From assembly GCF_009914755.1 (NCBI RefSeq), contig NC_060933.1: a stretch of DNA of 64,000 nucleotides. One strand, 5' to 3'. This document shows, one piece after another, positions 1-15,390 of the stretch. Made by a program: the position numbers and the translations under genes. The notes below the pieces were generated by a model. It made no database searches. It was not told the DNA's origin and worked only from the letters and a program-made list of their open reading frames with translations. Origin of the DNA: the human T2T-CHM13v2.0 reference genome, Homo sapiens. Numbering within the stretch: the first letter of the stretch is position 1; every line of letters begins with the position of its first letter.

Positions 1-1689
1 GGTAGATATTTGTAAAATTCTATTTTTTTGAATTGGGTTTTAGTCTTTGCAAAAAATCTCCCTTTTTTCATCTTTACACACTTCTTAAAGAATATCTAGC
101 TGTTACCATCTGAAAAGACTCGATTAAATGGAATCCACCTGTCTATAGGAGTCAGCATGCTTGTTTCTAGAGTAGAAAAGCAAACCGAAGTCCTTTCTCT
201 CTTTATAAAATTCTGCTGAGGCTTATTTCTGTGTATTTATGTGTGAGCACATGTGTATGTGTTATACATTACAATCATTTAGATTTTCATGTGATGTGTG
301 ATGACATCACTCATTTTTTCTAGCTGAAATGGGAAGCAGGTCAAACTTTCAGGAAGAGGTTACACATCTACTGAGATTATTATTTAGGAACAATAAGAAT
401 TACTGTTATATGTAGGTTCCTTCTCAAGGTGTAAGTTATTTAAAAATATGTCAGAGGATGTCACCCTTCTTATGCTCAAGAAAATGTTGTGTTCCCCTTG
501 CTTATTTCTTGCATGTGACTATAACAATAAAATACAGTGGATAAAAATTTTAAAAAATCAAGGACAGCACACCAAATTCACCTTCATTAGTTGAAAAATA
601 ATTCAAAGCAGTTGTTACATGATATATTACAGTTCATTATTTGGTATTATATGATAAATATGATAATAGTAACACCAGTTTCAATACAACAGTAACTTTA
701 AAATACTAATAGGTTAATAACTTAAATGTTGTAGGCACAAATTGTAAAACCTCTTAAATGTTTTACATTTTGTAATTTGTAAATTATAAATTTGTAAAAC
801 ATTTCATGCACATTCAACTTCCAAATGGCTATCAAATAAACCCAAGAATGATGTATAATATTATTCAGTGCCCTTTCAGGTAGGTATGATTTAATATCTG
901 CAAATTTTATTCCTTTTTATTTACTACGCTCTATAGCTGTATTCTTGGCACTAAACTGCTCCTCCTTCTGAGGTCAGACAGTATGATTTAGAGCATGACT
1001 TTCTCCTCATTCCCTACAGTAATTAGTCTGCCTAACTCCAGAAAGTTGCTTGCCAAGGAATATTTTAATTGGGCACTAGTTTCCATAATGAACTAAAAAT
1101 CAAGGTTGGTGGCCCTGAAGTTTGATGCTGAAACACCCAGATAACTCAATATCATCGGGCCTAGATCTGGTTGGAAATTTTAGTTTCTCCTAATGGCTGT
1201 TGAATTAACTTAGTTCTTTATACTAAGAAGCATTATCTATTATCTTAGAGTCATTAAAGTCTATATCCAGTGCCCACACAAACCTCCCAGTAATTATGAA
1301 AACCTACACAGTAACCCCAGACTGTTGTTAGATTAGGGTTTTATAGGACGTAGTTACCTGCTCTGCTTAGTTTCTTTAAAAACCCTAATTCACCAAAAGC
1401 TCACAAAAGTGAATGTGCCTTTATTGAATTAGCGTTAACTATTAACAGTAGCAGCAACACTATCAAAGCATCTATTCATGTATATTGTAGTAAGTGCTAT
1501 ACACTTAGGATATTTGATATGTAATAATTATAATTTCAAAATCGTAACAAGCTACAATCTAAGAAAATACACCTATGTACTTGTAGTTAGGAAAACACAA
1601 ATTTTTATTTGTCTATAATCAGTTATTTTACATGGCATGGAGAATCATAATTCTCTCTTAGAAGGCTTTCTGCATTCTGAGGAGAAAAT

Positions 1690-1850
1690 ACACTGACTTT
1701 GGAGCTAAATTGAAATAGGTTTTAATTATGCCTCTGCTACTTAGTAACTGTGTGACATTGAGGATTTTTCTTAACCTCCCTGAGCCCTTTTCCTTATCTG
1801 TAAAATAAGAGAATAAAATCTTACCTCACGTAGTTTGTAAAGAGAAAGCA
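1690..1850. mobile_element. MIR SINE fragment
   Basis: MIR core-like text: gcctctgctacttagtaactgtgtgacattgagga...cttaacctccctgagcc...ccttatctgtaaaataag. Confidence 0.75.
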
Positions 1851-1955
1851 GACCATACGTGTGTCATGACTGAAATACACTGTGGCCTCTACTAAACAGT
1901 CAATTTATGAATGCCCTTGTTGTTCCTTGAAAGTACCAATAAACACATAGATAAA

Positions 1956-1956
<1 letters not shown>

Positions 1957-2009
<53 letters not shown>
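1957..2009. repeat. (CA)n microsatellite, ~26 units
   Basis: Direct reading. Confidence 0.98.
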
Positions 2010-2012
<3 letters not shown>

Positions 2013-2148
2013 AAATCCTTTTCCAAAAGATCTATCTGGAAGCACCTTTGAACTGCTCCAAACACACAGCAGTGTTCTGCTGGCCTTACTTCTACTGAGT
2101 GGTTCACCTCAAGTGTGTTTAATAAATATCTGCTGAGATCTGCTTGCT

Positions 2149-2315
2149 GATATATACACACACACACACGTGTATACATACACATATATACACACACATA
2201 TATGTGTGCATACACACATATACACATGTGTATGCACACATATACACGTGTGTATATATATACGTGTGTATATATGTATATATACACATGTGTGTGTATA
2301 TATATATATATATAT
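2149..2315. repeat. Compound (TA/CA/TG)n alternating purine-pyrimidine tract
   Basis: Direct reading; it explains the YIYT/HTHT/VCVC ORFs at 1892-2463. Confidence 0.95.
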
Positions 2316-4188
2316 GGATTCCCACCCCCCTTTTTGTTTTCAGTCAAAGAAGATTCTTCAGGTAAGCCATATGTCTTTTAAACATTTTTTAGAAGTTATC
2401 TTCAAAAATCCTCACATTTCTATGCTTATTTTTTATGTAAAGAGTAGGATCTATAATAGGTAATGATATATTCTTTTAACATGACCTTATCATGGTTACC
2501 TAAATCTAGAAGATCTGTAATTTTGTAAAGGATATGAAATACATGTGCAAGCATGCATGCACACACATATTCATAGATAGAACTTCCCAATGATTCTAAC
2601 TTTAATTTATGGTGAAGATATTCCATTTTTCTCATTTCATATTATATACAAAAGAAGGCTTGCATAACAAGGCCTATTTTATTCTTTTAAATGCATTGAA
2701 ATTACCATTTATATTTCATATGCATTTTTTTTAACATTAGACAAATCCTCCCACATCAGAACTTAGAACAGGAGAATCCTCCTATAATGCATTTGAACTA
2801 CTATCACTTCACAGAATGAATTTAACCTGAGCACGAAGCTAATTTTTATCTGAACCAGCTCCTTTGCATGGAAAATGGGACTATAGAATGAGATAAGGAA
2901 GGTTAGTTCTTTATCGTTCATGTAACAAATCTCTTAATAGTACAGAATGGCACGTTAGTTATTTCTAGTGACAATATTAAGATGGTAATGAGAAAAGAAT
3001 AGTATTATATATTCATTCTCCTGACAGGTATTACAATAAGATTGGGAATGGACCAAAAAAATTAATCAATTATACTTAGCCAAAAGGGAAATTGGAATAG
3101 TAAGAACATCCTGGAAACAAGAACAAAAAAATAAAATTAAAAAAAAAAACGTACTGGAACAAGTTCAATACCTGTCCACTTCTGGAGACTCTCATCCAGT
3201 GCTTATCAGAATCCACTTAAATTTCTGTTCCTTGCTCTCAGAGTCTTTTATTGATTGCCCCTTCATTGAAAAATACCTCTGCTAGTTTTCCTTTCTTAAC
3301 TGCTTCTGCAGTACAACCACAGGGCCCAGCTTCCTGCTACCTCCTGGACAAACTCTCATATCAATAATCCCAGAATTAGAGCAAAGGAAATGGCCTGCGT
3401 TGAAAACAAAGGATTCTTATGTGTAGAACAAAGCCCTAGGAAACTTGACAATTTTCATTTTAGAAAACTAATTATTTGATGTTTCTATTTACAACAGGGA
3501 GAAAATATTTTTGTGAATTTATTTTCGTGAATAGTAGGTGTTTATTTCTTTGTGGTGATAGTGCAATTATCAAAGAATGAAAATAGCAGTTATAGGTTTA
3601 TGTAAATTTTTATGTTTAAAATACTGGACTAGTAGCTTGTTTGTGATGGTTTTAGTAAACCTGAGAATATCATATTACCCGGACCAAAAATTTTGTTTCT
3701 TGAGAACCTTTTGAATTTTACAACGTTTAACATATGTTCGTAATATTTTTAAATAAATACTTTTTTTGTAATTTTAACTAGCATTTGTAAATTAGGAGAT
3801 AGTAAAATAATGAGCTGATAATAAAAAATAATTCTGTGAATATAGCCGAGGGTTCTGAGAAATTAAGCTTCTTGTGAAAAAAAAAAGAATGTCACAAAAA
3901 AAATAGGAAGAATAAGTAAAAATGTTTTATGGCAAAGCTCAGCCTGAGATAGCTCGGTCTCTATTTCAGCCCGCAGAAATACAAAGCAATGAGAGGAATT
4001 TATTTTAAAAAAAATTTGTCTAGGTTCTGCTGTTCACTTTTATTTCCCACCAAGAATAAATGTCGCTTTTGTGATGCTCAATGTCTTCAAGTTTCCCAGT
4101 GCACTCCAAGGTGGCAGAGGTGGTGGTATTTCTTTCTCTTTTGATGCAGGTAGTGCTGAATTCATAACACACGGAAAACCATACACAC

Positions 4189-4352
4189 CAGTGGTTCTTA
4201 AGGTGATATTCTTAGACCAGTGGCATCAACATCACCAGAGGATTTGTTAGAAATGCCACTAAATCAGAAACTCTGGGGGCAGGGCCCAATTGTCAGTTTT
4301 AAGAAGTCCTCCAGATGATTCTGGTGCTTGCCAAAGTTTGAAAATTGTTGAT
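4189..4352. mobile_element. MER5A hAT-Charlie DNA transposon
   Basis: cagtggttctta...catcaacatcacc...ttgttagaaatgc...aaatcagaaactctggggg...ccagatgattctg...aaagtttga. Confidence 0.8.
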
Positions 4353-4602
4353 TGAAACCACTCTAAGACATTCCAAGCAAGGATCAGGAAAAGACAGAAA
4401 ATCACCAGCTCATACCCATGTGTGCCATATGTATTTTGAGTTCTTGCTTAAATACAAAATATAACATTATAAAAATTAACATACCATGAGTACTGATTTT
4501 TTATATCTGGAAAGAAATCTGAATCTATCAAAGGAAAAATGTTTTAAAAGTTTGATAATTCAGTAAGTGTAATTCCCTTGGTTTGATATGAAAATGTATA
4601 CT

Positions 4603-5962
4603 ATTTTAGATCTTTCCTTGTTTCTCTTGTGGGCATTTAGTGCTATAAATTTCCCTCTACGCACTGCTTTAAATGTGTCCCAGAGATTCTGGTATGTTAT
4701 GTCTTTGTTCTCATTGGTTTCAAAGAACATCTTTATTTCTGCTGTCATTTCCTTATGTACCCAGTAGTCATTCAGGAGCAGGTTGTTCAGTTTCCATGTA
4801 GTTGAGCGGTTTTGAGTGAGTTTCTTAATCCTGAGTTCTAGTTTGATTGCACTGTGGTCTGAGAGACAGTTTGTTATAATTTCTATTCTTTTACATTTGC
4901 TGAGGAGTGCTTTATTTCCAACTATGTGGTCAATTTTGGAATAAGGGCGATGTGGTGCTGAGAAGAATGTATATGCTGTTGATTTGGGGTGGAGAGTTCT
5001 GTAGATGCCTATTAGGTCCACTTGCTGCAGAGCCGAGTTCAATTCCTGGATATCTTTGTTAACTTCCTGTCTCATGGATGTGTCTAATGTTGACAGTGTG
5101 GTGTTAAAGTCTCCCATTATTATTGTGTGGGAGTCTAAGTCTCTTTGTAGGTCACTCAGGACTTGCTTCATGAATCTGGATGCTCCTGTATTGGGTGCAT
5201 ATATATTTAGGATAGTTAGCTCTTCTTGTTGAATTGATCCCTTTACCATTATGTAATGGCCTTCTTTGTCTCTTCTGATCTTTGTTGGTTTAAAGTCTGT
5301 TTTATCAGAGACTAGGATTGCAACCCCTGCTTTTTTTTTTTTATTTTCCATTTGCTTGGTAGATCTTCCTCCATCCCTTTATTTTGAGCTTATATGTGTC
5401 TCTGCACGTGAGATGGGTCTCCTGAATACAGCACACTGATGGGTCTTGACTCTTTATCCAATTTGCCAGTCTGTGTCTTTTAATTGGAGTATTTAGCCCA
5501 TTTACATTTAAGGTTAATATTGTTATGTGCGAATTTGATCCTGTCATTATGATGTTAGCTGGTTATTTGTTCATTAGTTGATGCAGTTTCTTCCTAGCAT
5601 CAATGGTCTTTACGATTTAGCATGTTTTTGCAGTGGCTGGTACCAGTTGTTCCTTTCCATATTTAGTGCTTCCTTCAGGAGCTCTTGTAAGGCAGGCCTG
5701 GTGGTGACAAAATCTCTCAGCATTTGCTTGTCTGTAAAGGATTTTATTTCTCCTTCACTTATGAAGATTAGTTTGGCTGGATATGAAATTCTGGGTTGAA
5801 AATTCTTTTCTTTAAGAATGTTGAATATTGGCCCCCACTCTCTTCTGGCTTGTAGAGTTTCTGCCGAGAGATCCACTGTTAGTCTGATGGGCTTCCCTTT
5901 GTGGGAAACCCGACCTTCCTCTCTGGCTGCCCTTAACATTTTTTCCTTCATTTCAACTTTGG
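4603..5962 (-). mobile_element. L1PA inverted 5' segment (ORF1 C-terminus, spacer, ORF2 endonuclease)
   Basis: Minus-strand ORFs [15 protein letters not shown]...QKHAK (ORF1p), MTGSNSHITILTLNVNGLN and ...MGDFNT...SDHSAIKLE...ERSKI (ORF2p EN domain, frameshifted in the T-run at ~5331-5342). Confidence 0.97.
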
Positions 5963-9054
<3,092 letters not shown>

Positions 9055-9056
<2 letters not shown>

Positions 9057-10975
9057 AATTCCTTGTTGTAATTTCAACAATAGTTCACAGTATCTTCACC
9101 AGGAGTATTCATAGATTCCATCTCAAGAAACCACTTTCTTTGCATATTCATAAGAAGCAACTCCTCATTCTTTCAAATTTTATTATGAGATTGTAACAAT
9201 TCAGTCACGTCTTCAGGCTCTACTTAAATTGTATATCTCTTGCTATTTCCACCATATCTGAAGTTCCTTCTGCCACTGAAGCCTTGAACCCTTCAAAGTC
9301 ATCAATGATGAGTGGAATCAACAGCTTCCAAAATCCTGTTAATGTTGCTATTTTTACCTTCTCCTATGAATCACAAATATTCTTAATGTTATCCATCAGT
9401 GGATAGCATTAAGAATTGTAAATTTTTCCCAGAAGGTTTCAATTTACCTTGCCCAGATCCATCACAGAAATCAGTACGTACAGCAGTTATAGCTTTACAA
9501 AATGTATTTCTTAAATTCTAAGACTTGAAAGTAAAAATTACTCCTTGGTCCATGGGTTACAGATTGAATGTTGTGTTAGCATGCATGAAAACTTTAAGGA
9601 TATTTCCTTATACATCTCTATCAGAGCTCTTGGGTGACCAGGTGCATTGTCAATGAGCAGTGATGTCTTGAAAGGAATCTTTTTTCTAAGCAGTAGGTCT
9701 CAACAGTGGACTTAAAATACTCATTAAACCATGCTCGGAGCAGATATGCTGTCATTCAGGCTTTGTTCTATTTATAGAACAAAGGCAGAGGAAATATAGC
9801 ATAATTCTTAAGGGTCCTATGACTTTCAGCATGCAAAATGAGCATTGGCTTCAATTTCAGGTCACCAGCAGCCTTCATCCATAACAAGCGAGTCAGCCTG
9901 TTGTCCTTTGAAGCTTTGAAGGCAGGCGTTGACTTATCTCTAGCTATGGAAGTTCTAAGTGGCATCTCTTCCAATATAAGGCTGTTGTATCTATTAAATA
10001 TAAGGCTGTTTTATCTATTAAATCTGTTGTGTAATGTAGCCACCTTTATCGATTATATTAGATCTGAAAAACTAGCTTCAACTTGTATATCAGCATTTGC
10101 TATTTCACCTTGTACTTTTATGCTATGGAGATGTCTTCTTAAACCTCAGGAATTAACATCTGCTAGCTTCCAACTTTTCTTCTGTCACTTTCTCACCTCT
10201 CTCAATTTCATAGAATTGAAGATAATTACGGATTTTCTCTGAATTAGGCTTTGCTGTGGGGATTGTTGTGGCTGGTTTTATCTTCTATCCAGACCACTTA
10301 ACCTTTCTCAACATCAGCAATAAGGCTGTTTTGCTTTCTTGTCATTTGTGTGTTCACTGAAATAGCTCTTTTATTTTCCTTCTAAAACCTTTCCTTGGAT
10401 TCAGATCTTGGCTAAATGTTTGGCACAAGAAGCTTAGTTTTTGGTCTAGCTTGGATTTCAGCATACCTTCTTTACTAAGCTTAATCATTTCTGGCTTAGA
10501 TTTAAAGTGAAAAATGTGAACACTTGCTTTCACTTGACCATTTAGAGGTCACTATAGGGTTATTGATTAGTCTAATTTTAATATTGTTGTGTCTCAGGGA
10601 ACAGAGAGACCCAGTGAGAGACAGAGATGGGGAAATGCTGGTCAGTGTAGCAGTCAGAACACGCACAATATTTATTTATTAACTTCACCATCTTACATGG
10701 GTATGGTTTGCGGTGCCCCAAAAGAATACAATGGTAACATCAAAGATCACTGATCACAGTTCACCACAACACATTTAATAATAATGAAGAAGTCTGAAAT
10801 ATTGCAAAAATTACCAAAATGTGAAACAGAGATTTGAAGTGAGCACGTGCTGTTGGAAAAAAATGGTGCCAAAAGACTTGCTTAACACAGAATTGCCACA
10901 AACCTTCAATTTGCAAAAAATGCATTATCTGCAAAGTGCAATAGAGAGAAACACAATAAAATAAGATATTCCTGC
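9055..10975 (-). mobile_element. Tigger1 (TcMar) DNA transposon, one end missing
   Basis: Minus ORF PAFKASKDNRLT...AAGDLKLKPMLI...LKNYA matches Tigger1 transposase; terminal ...cacaataaaataagatattcctg at ~10975; the other end is absent. Confidence 0.93.
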
Positions 10976-11493
10976 GTATATATTATATATATTTTGTCAG
11001 TGATGCACCACATAAAAGGTAAAATTATGTAGCTATGTATATCTGGGCTTATTTTGTTTGTTACATTTTACTGGGAAATAAAACAGTGTCAAATCAATAG
11101 AATTAGGCTAAACATGGCAAAGGCAGGAGAAACCCATTTTGAGCTTCATGAAAGGTACTTGGTCACACAAGTGTAAAGTAAAGGAAAAAAAGGATATGAG
11201 CACACTCATGGTTATTAGAGGAATGAGGACCTGCTGGGAGTTTTAGAAATGCATGCAAAATGTAAGACTGAATCGATATGAGAAAGTATTTTGTATAAAG
11301 GTATGAAAAATTAATATTTTCCTATTGATATTCTTGACCAATTTTGTCTTCATAAACAGATTATCTGCCTTACAACAGTTCCCTCCATTGATCTCATGGT
11401 CCTTTTTGCCACCAAAGAGGTTTGACCCCCAGAGCAGAAGACAAGGGATGTCATATTGTATCTATAGGTTCATCAGCTAAGATATGGTACACA

Positions 11494-11550
11494 TCCCCGG
11501 TGTGTGATGTTCCCCTTCCTGTGTCCGTGTGTTCTCATTGTTCAATTCCC
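11494..11550 (-). mobile_element. 57-bp internal L1PA 3'UTR fragment
   Basis: tccccggtgtgtgatgttccccttcctgtgtccgtgtgttctcattgttcaattccc is the antisense of the L1PA 3'UTR. Confidence 0.9.
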
Positions 11551-11662
11551 TATTTGTATTTGCTCAATCTAGCACTTTACCGGCGTGAAAATGTGTTTGC
11601 ACTATTACAGGAGTCCAAGCCAGCTTGAACAGGATCATCTGAGGGAGAGAAGATGAAGAAGA

Positions 11663-11968
11663 GACTGTCCAATATGGTAGTCACCAGTGTCATACGGCTA
11701 TGGAGCCCTAGAACTGCGGCTGACGACATTGAGATGTGCTGTAAGTCAAATATACCCTATATGTAAAAGGCTTAGTATGAATTTTGAATATGAAATATTT
11801 CAAGTTTTTTACATTGAATGCATGTTGAATTAATATTTTAGAGGAATTGTGTTAAATAAAATCAGTTACTGAAATTGATTTTACCTACTTTTTAATTTTT
11901 TAATGTTTCTACTAAAATCTTTAAAATTACACGTGTGACTTATATTATATTATCAGTGGATAGTGCAG
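11663..11968. mobile_element. MER33 hAT-Charlie element
   Basis: ctgtccaatatggtagtcacc...ttgagatgtgctgtaagt...ttaaaattacacgtgtgact...tggatagtgc. Confidence 0.8.
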
Positions 11969-11969
11969 G

Positions 11970-12130
11970 ATTAGAAAGAAAATGCTAGGGAAGGAAAGAG
12001 ACCATGCAGAGTCTTGAAGATCATGGTAAAGGATTCTGGGTATTACTTGAGTGAGACACAAAGGCATTGAAGGGTTTAAGCAGAGGAATGACAGGACCTG
12101 CCTTATCGTTTAAAAGAATCACTAAGATTG
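11970..12130 (-). mobile_element. L2 LINE fragment
   Basis: gaccatgcagagtcttgaagatcatggtaaaggatt...gcattgaagggtttaagcagaggaatgacag. Confidence 0.65.
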
Positions 12131-12178
12131 CTCTCTTGAGTCCCCTCCAAAAACACCCAAGTGAGATAATTTAAAGGC

Positions 12179-12261
12179 GAATGTTTCTTACTGGTGATGA
12201 CTATTGTTACTATCTGCAGAATGTTTCTTACTGGTGATGACTGTTGTTACTATCTGCAGAA
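12179..12261. repeat. 40-bp tandem duplication (2 copies, 1 mismatch)
   Basis: atgtttcttactggtgatgact(a/g)ttgttactatctgcaga at 12181-12220 and 12221-12260. Confidence 0.97.
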
Positions 12262-12612
12262 AAAGTTATTGTGTATTCCCTCGGCTTGTCTCCTCAGCTC
12301 CTGGCTAAGGTACTACATGGATTGCAATTTACAGGCACAACTGACTTATTGCCTGATCTAAAAATGGCTTCTCCGTGTTGTTAATTGAAAACTACTTTTG
12401 GAAAACTTACCATGTGCCGATACTATTCCACGTGCTAGGGATGAAGGAGCAGTAAAAGAAGGGGGAAAAGCAGCAGTGAAAATATGCCTCATGGGGGTTA
12501 TACTTTAGTGGAGACAGCTTATGTTAACAAAACAAAAATGAACAAATATATATAGTATATTAGATTTAAAGTGGTATGGTCAAAATGAAATACAAGACTA
12601 AAACAAGGAGTA

Positions 12613-12979
12613 TGTTGTCGTCTGTTCTTCCCTGCTACAGAGAACTACCTTAGACTGGGTAATTTATGAAGAACAGAGATTTAACTGACTCACAGTTCTG
12701 CAGGCTGTCCAGGAGGCATGGCTGGGGAGGCCTCAGGTAACTGGCAGGAGGTGAAGGAGAAGCAGGCATGGTCTTCACATGGCAAGAGCAAGAGAGAGAG
12801 AAAGGGGAAGTGATACACACTTTTTAACAACCAGATCTCCTGAGAACTCTATCACCAGAACAGCAAGGGGGAAGTCGGCCCCCATGACTCAATTACCTCC
12901 CACCAGGCCCTTCCTTCAACACCTGGGGATCACAATTCAACGTGAGATTTGGGTGGGGACACAGAGCCAAACAATATCA
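12613..12979 (-). mobile_element. MSTA-like MaLR solo LTR
   Basis: agactgggtaatttatgaag...gggacacagagccaaacaatatca; 5-bp TSD gagta at 12608-12612 and 12980-12984. Confidence 0.9.
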
Positions 12980-13061
12980 GAGTACCAGGGTGGAATGGGC
13001 TACTTCTGTTCTAAACGGAGTGATTAGCTGAAAGGCTTCACATGAGAGAGGTGTGAGCAAC

Positions 13062-13744
13062 CTGTTTTCATGTGAATGTTTGTGCCCCTCATATTAATAT
13101 GTTAAATCCTAAACCCCAATGTGATGATGCTAAGACGTAGAGCCTTTAGGTGTAATTAAATCATGAGGGAGAAAACCTCATGGATGGGATTAGTGCCTTT
13201 ATAAAAGAGCCCCCAGGCCGGGCACGGTGGCTCACGCCTGTAATTCCAGCACTTTGGGAGGCCGAGGTGGGCGGATCACAAGGTCAGGAGTTCAAGACCA
13301 GCCTGACCAACATGGTGAAACCCCATCTCTACTAAAAATACAAAAATTAGCTAAGCGTGATGGCATGCACCTGTAATCCCCACTACTCAGGAGGCTGAGG
13401 CAGGAGAATCACTTGAACCCGTGAGGCAGAAGTTACAGTAAGCCAAGATCACACCACTGCACTCCAGCCTGGGTGACAGAGAGAGACTCCATCACAAAAT
13501 AAAAAAAAATTAAAAAATTTAAAAAATTTTTAAAAAGGCCCCAGTGAGATCTCTTGCCCCTTCCACTATATGAGGTTGCCGTGAAAAGATGGCCATCTAT
13601 GAGGAAGCAGGTCCTCACTAGACACCAAATCAGCCAGAGCCTTCATCTTGGACTTTTCAGCCTCCAAAACTGTGAGAGATTTCTGTTGTTTTTAAGACAC
13701 CCTATCCATGGTATTTTGTTATACCAGCCTAAACAGACTAAGAA
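13062..13744 (+). mobile_element. MLT1A-family MaLR LTR interrupted by an Alu
   Basis: tgaatgtttgtgcccc...gggattagtgcctttataaaagag [Alu] ...agacaccaaatc...aacagactaag. Confidence 0.85.
13216..13535 (+). mobile_element. AluS (Sg-like)
   Basis: Full dimer with A-rich tail; degenerate TSD aaaagagccccca/aaaaaggcccca. Confidence 0.95.
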
Positions 13745-15179
13745 ATGACCAAAGTGGATATAGGGGAGAGGGGAGAGGTCTGGTCATATAAATCAGCTAA
13801 TGCAAAGGCTCTGAGACTGGATTGTGCTGGGTATGTTGAAGGAACAGTAAAGAAGTCGAGATGTCTAACTAGATGGAGTGAGCAGGTGGGACAGCAGGAA
13901 ATAAAGTATGCCTTGACACAACTACCTACCTCAAGGCTCCTAAGATACAACTAGAGGAAATGATGTGGTTTTGTGGAATTTTGAGGTTCCTGGGAAAGCA
14001 AAAATGGATCTGGTTTTTACTCACAGGTAGGCTCCTAGTACCCTCATCACAGGGTTCTCCTGAAGCACATGCAAATTCTTTGGATTGAAGAGTTCATGTA
14101 AGTGGGTTCAATGTAATCAATGCAAAGTTAAGCCAGATAGGTTCCAAATTAGAGTAACCCTCAGGAACTCCAGAACTCACCTAGCAGGAACTGCAACAGG
14201 GATGTTGAATGAACGTATCATTAGTGTCAATATCACAACTTGTAAATAAGTCTACCCTGAGCTTGTTTAGTCTTCTAGGGAGATGGGTGAGAAGAAATTT
14301 AGGCTAAAATTAAAGGTGTAGTTTCCCAGAGAAAGTTTCATATAAAAGAGGTAGAAAGAGCAACTGTGGTTTGTAAGGGAAGTGGATGGAAGACAAACAA
14401 GAAATTTCAAAAGATTTTATATTCATAAAAAAAACCAGGTTAATATATAAAAACTAATTAGAGAATTGAGAAATTAAACACGTCATTGTCAAAATATAAC
14501 ATTCATTAAATAGGCTGATTATCATAAGTTAGTAAATGGTGTGTTTTAAATGCTACTCAGTGATGAGAAAAAAATAAAGCAGGATAAGTAAAACCAGGAG
14601 TGCCAGGTGCAAAAGGGGAAGGGGCAGGAGAGAAGAGCTGGGCAAAGGCCCTGAGGCAGGAACAAGGTGGGGAGGCTGCAGTGGAAGGAGCTTTGCTCAA
14701 AACTTAAACACCTTCAGACAACCTCTGGCTCTGTTTCACAGTTAAAATGGCCAAAGAGAAGCAGAAGACCTCTGTGGGCCCCAGGGTCATCAGGGACCCT
14801 CTAATTGTGCATTTGTTTGCATCAGGAGGATGGAACAAGGAATAAGGATACATGACACAGAGGGAGAACTATTCGGAAGGAATGAAAGAATATTTGAAAA
14901 AACAGATATGAAAGTAAATCAGGTCTATGCATTCTGTCATTGTGCATGTTGGCCTGCTGACCCATCAATAATTATCCTTTAGTTATTCAGTAAGTGTTCT
15001 ACTGTCTTGCTCTTGAGCAGGTCCCAAGCTAACCTTGAAGGACATATATGTTGGGTCTGCCACTGGAGAAAGTAAGACTCCACCAATGCAGAACTGAATT
15101 CAGCATTTCCCAGAGATGTTCTGGGGGTTGCTTGTCTCATTCAGTGTTTCGTGATAACATGATTGAAACATTTGGTATG

Positions 15180-15390
15180 TTAGGAAACCACTGCACACTC
15201 TATCCCTGTCTTGGTGATTCCTAAATAACTGGCACATTAAAGGCTTTGAGAAGCCCTCACATAAAAAGACTAGGGCTTTGTTTAATCCATCACTTCCCAA
15301 ATTTACTTCAGTAAAAAAACATTTTATTTGTGTAACACATGTTCATATGTATCAGAATTAATGATCCATAGAATCTGCTGTGGGGGGAGC
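15180..15390. mobile_element. hAT-Charlie relic (MER103-like)
   Basis: cacattaaaggctttgagaagccct...ctttgtttaatccatcacttcccaaattta resembles MER103C (from memory). Confidence 0.5.

Noticed and set aside
1892-2463. ORFs of 68-151 aa
   Set aside because: Translations of dinucleotide repeats that lack stop codons; not protein-like.
4571-4585. aattcccttggtttg resembling aattccttgttg at 9057 as an L1 TSD
   Set aside because: Not adjacent to the junction, a poor match, and the 3' copy is explained by Tigger1 sequence.
12404-12450. 25-nt minus-strand exon-like pattern (ccctag...atg|gtaagt)
   Set aside because: Inside an L2 relic and not frame-preserving; it shows such splice patterns arise by chance, which tempers the other exon candidates.
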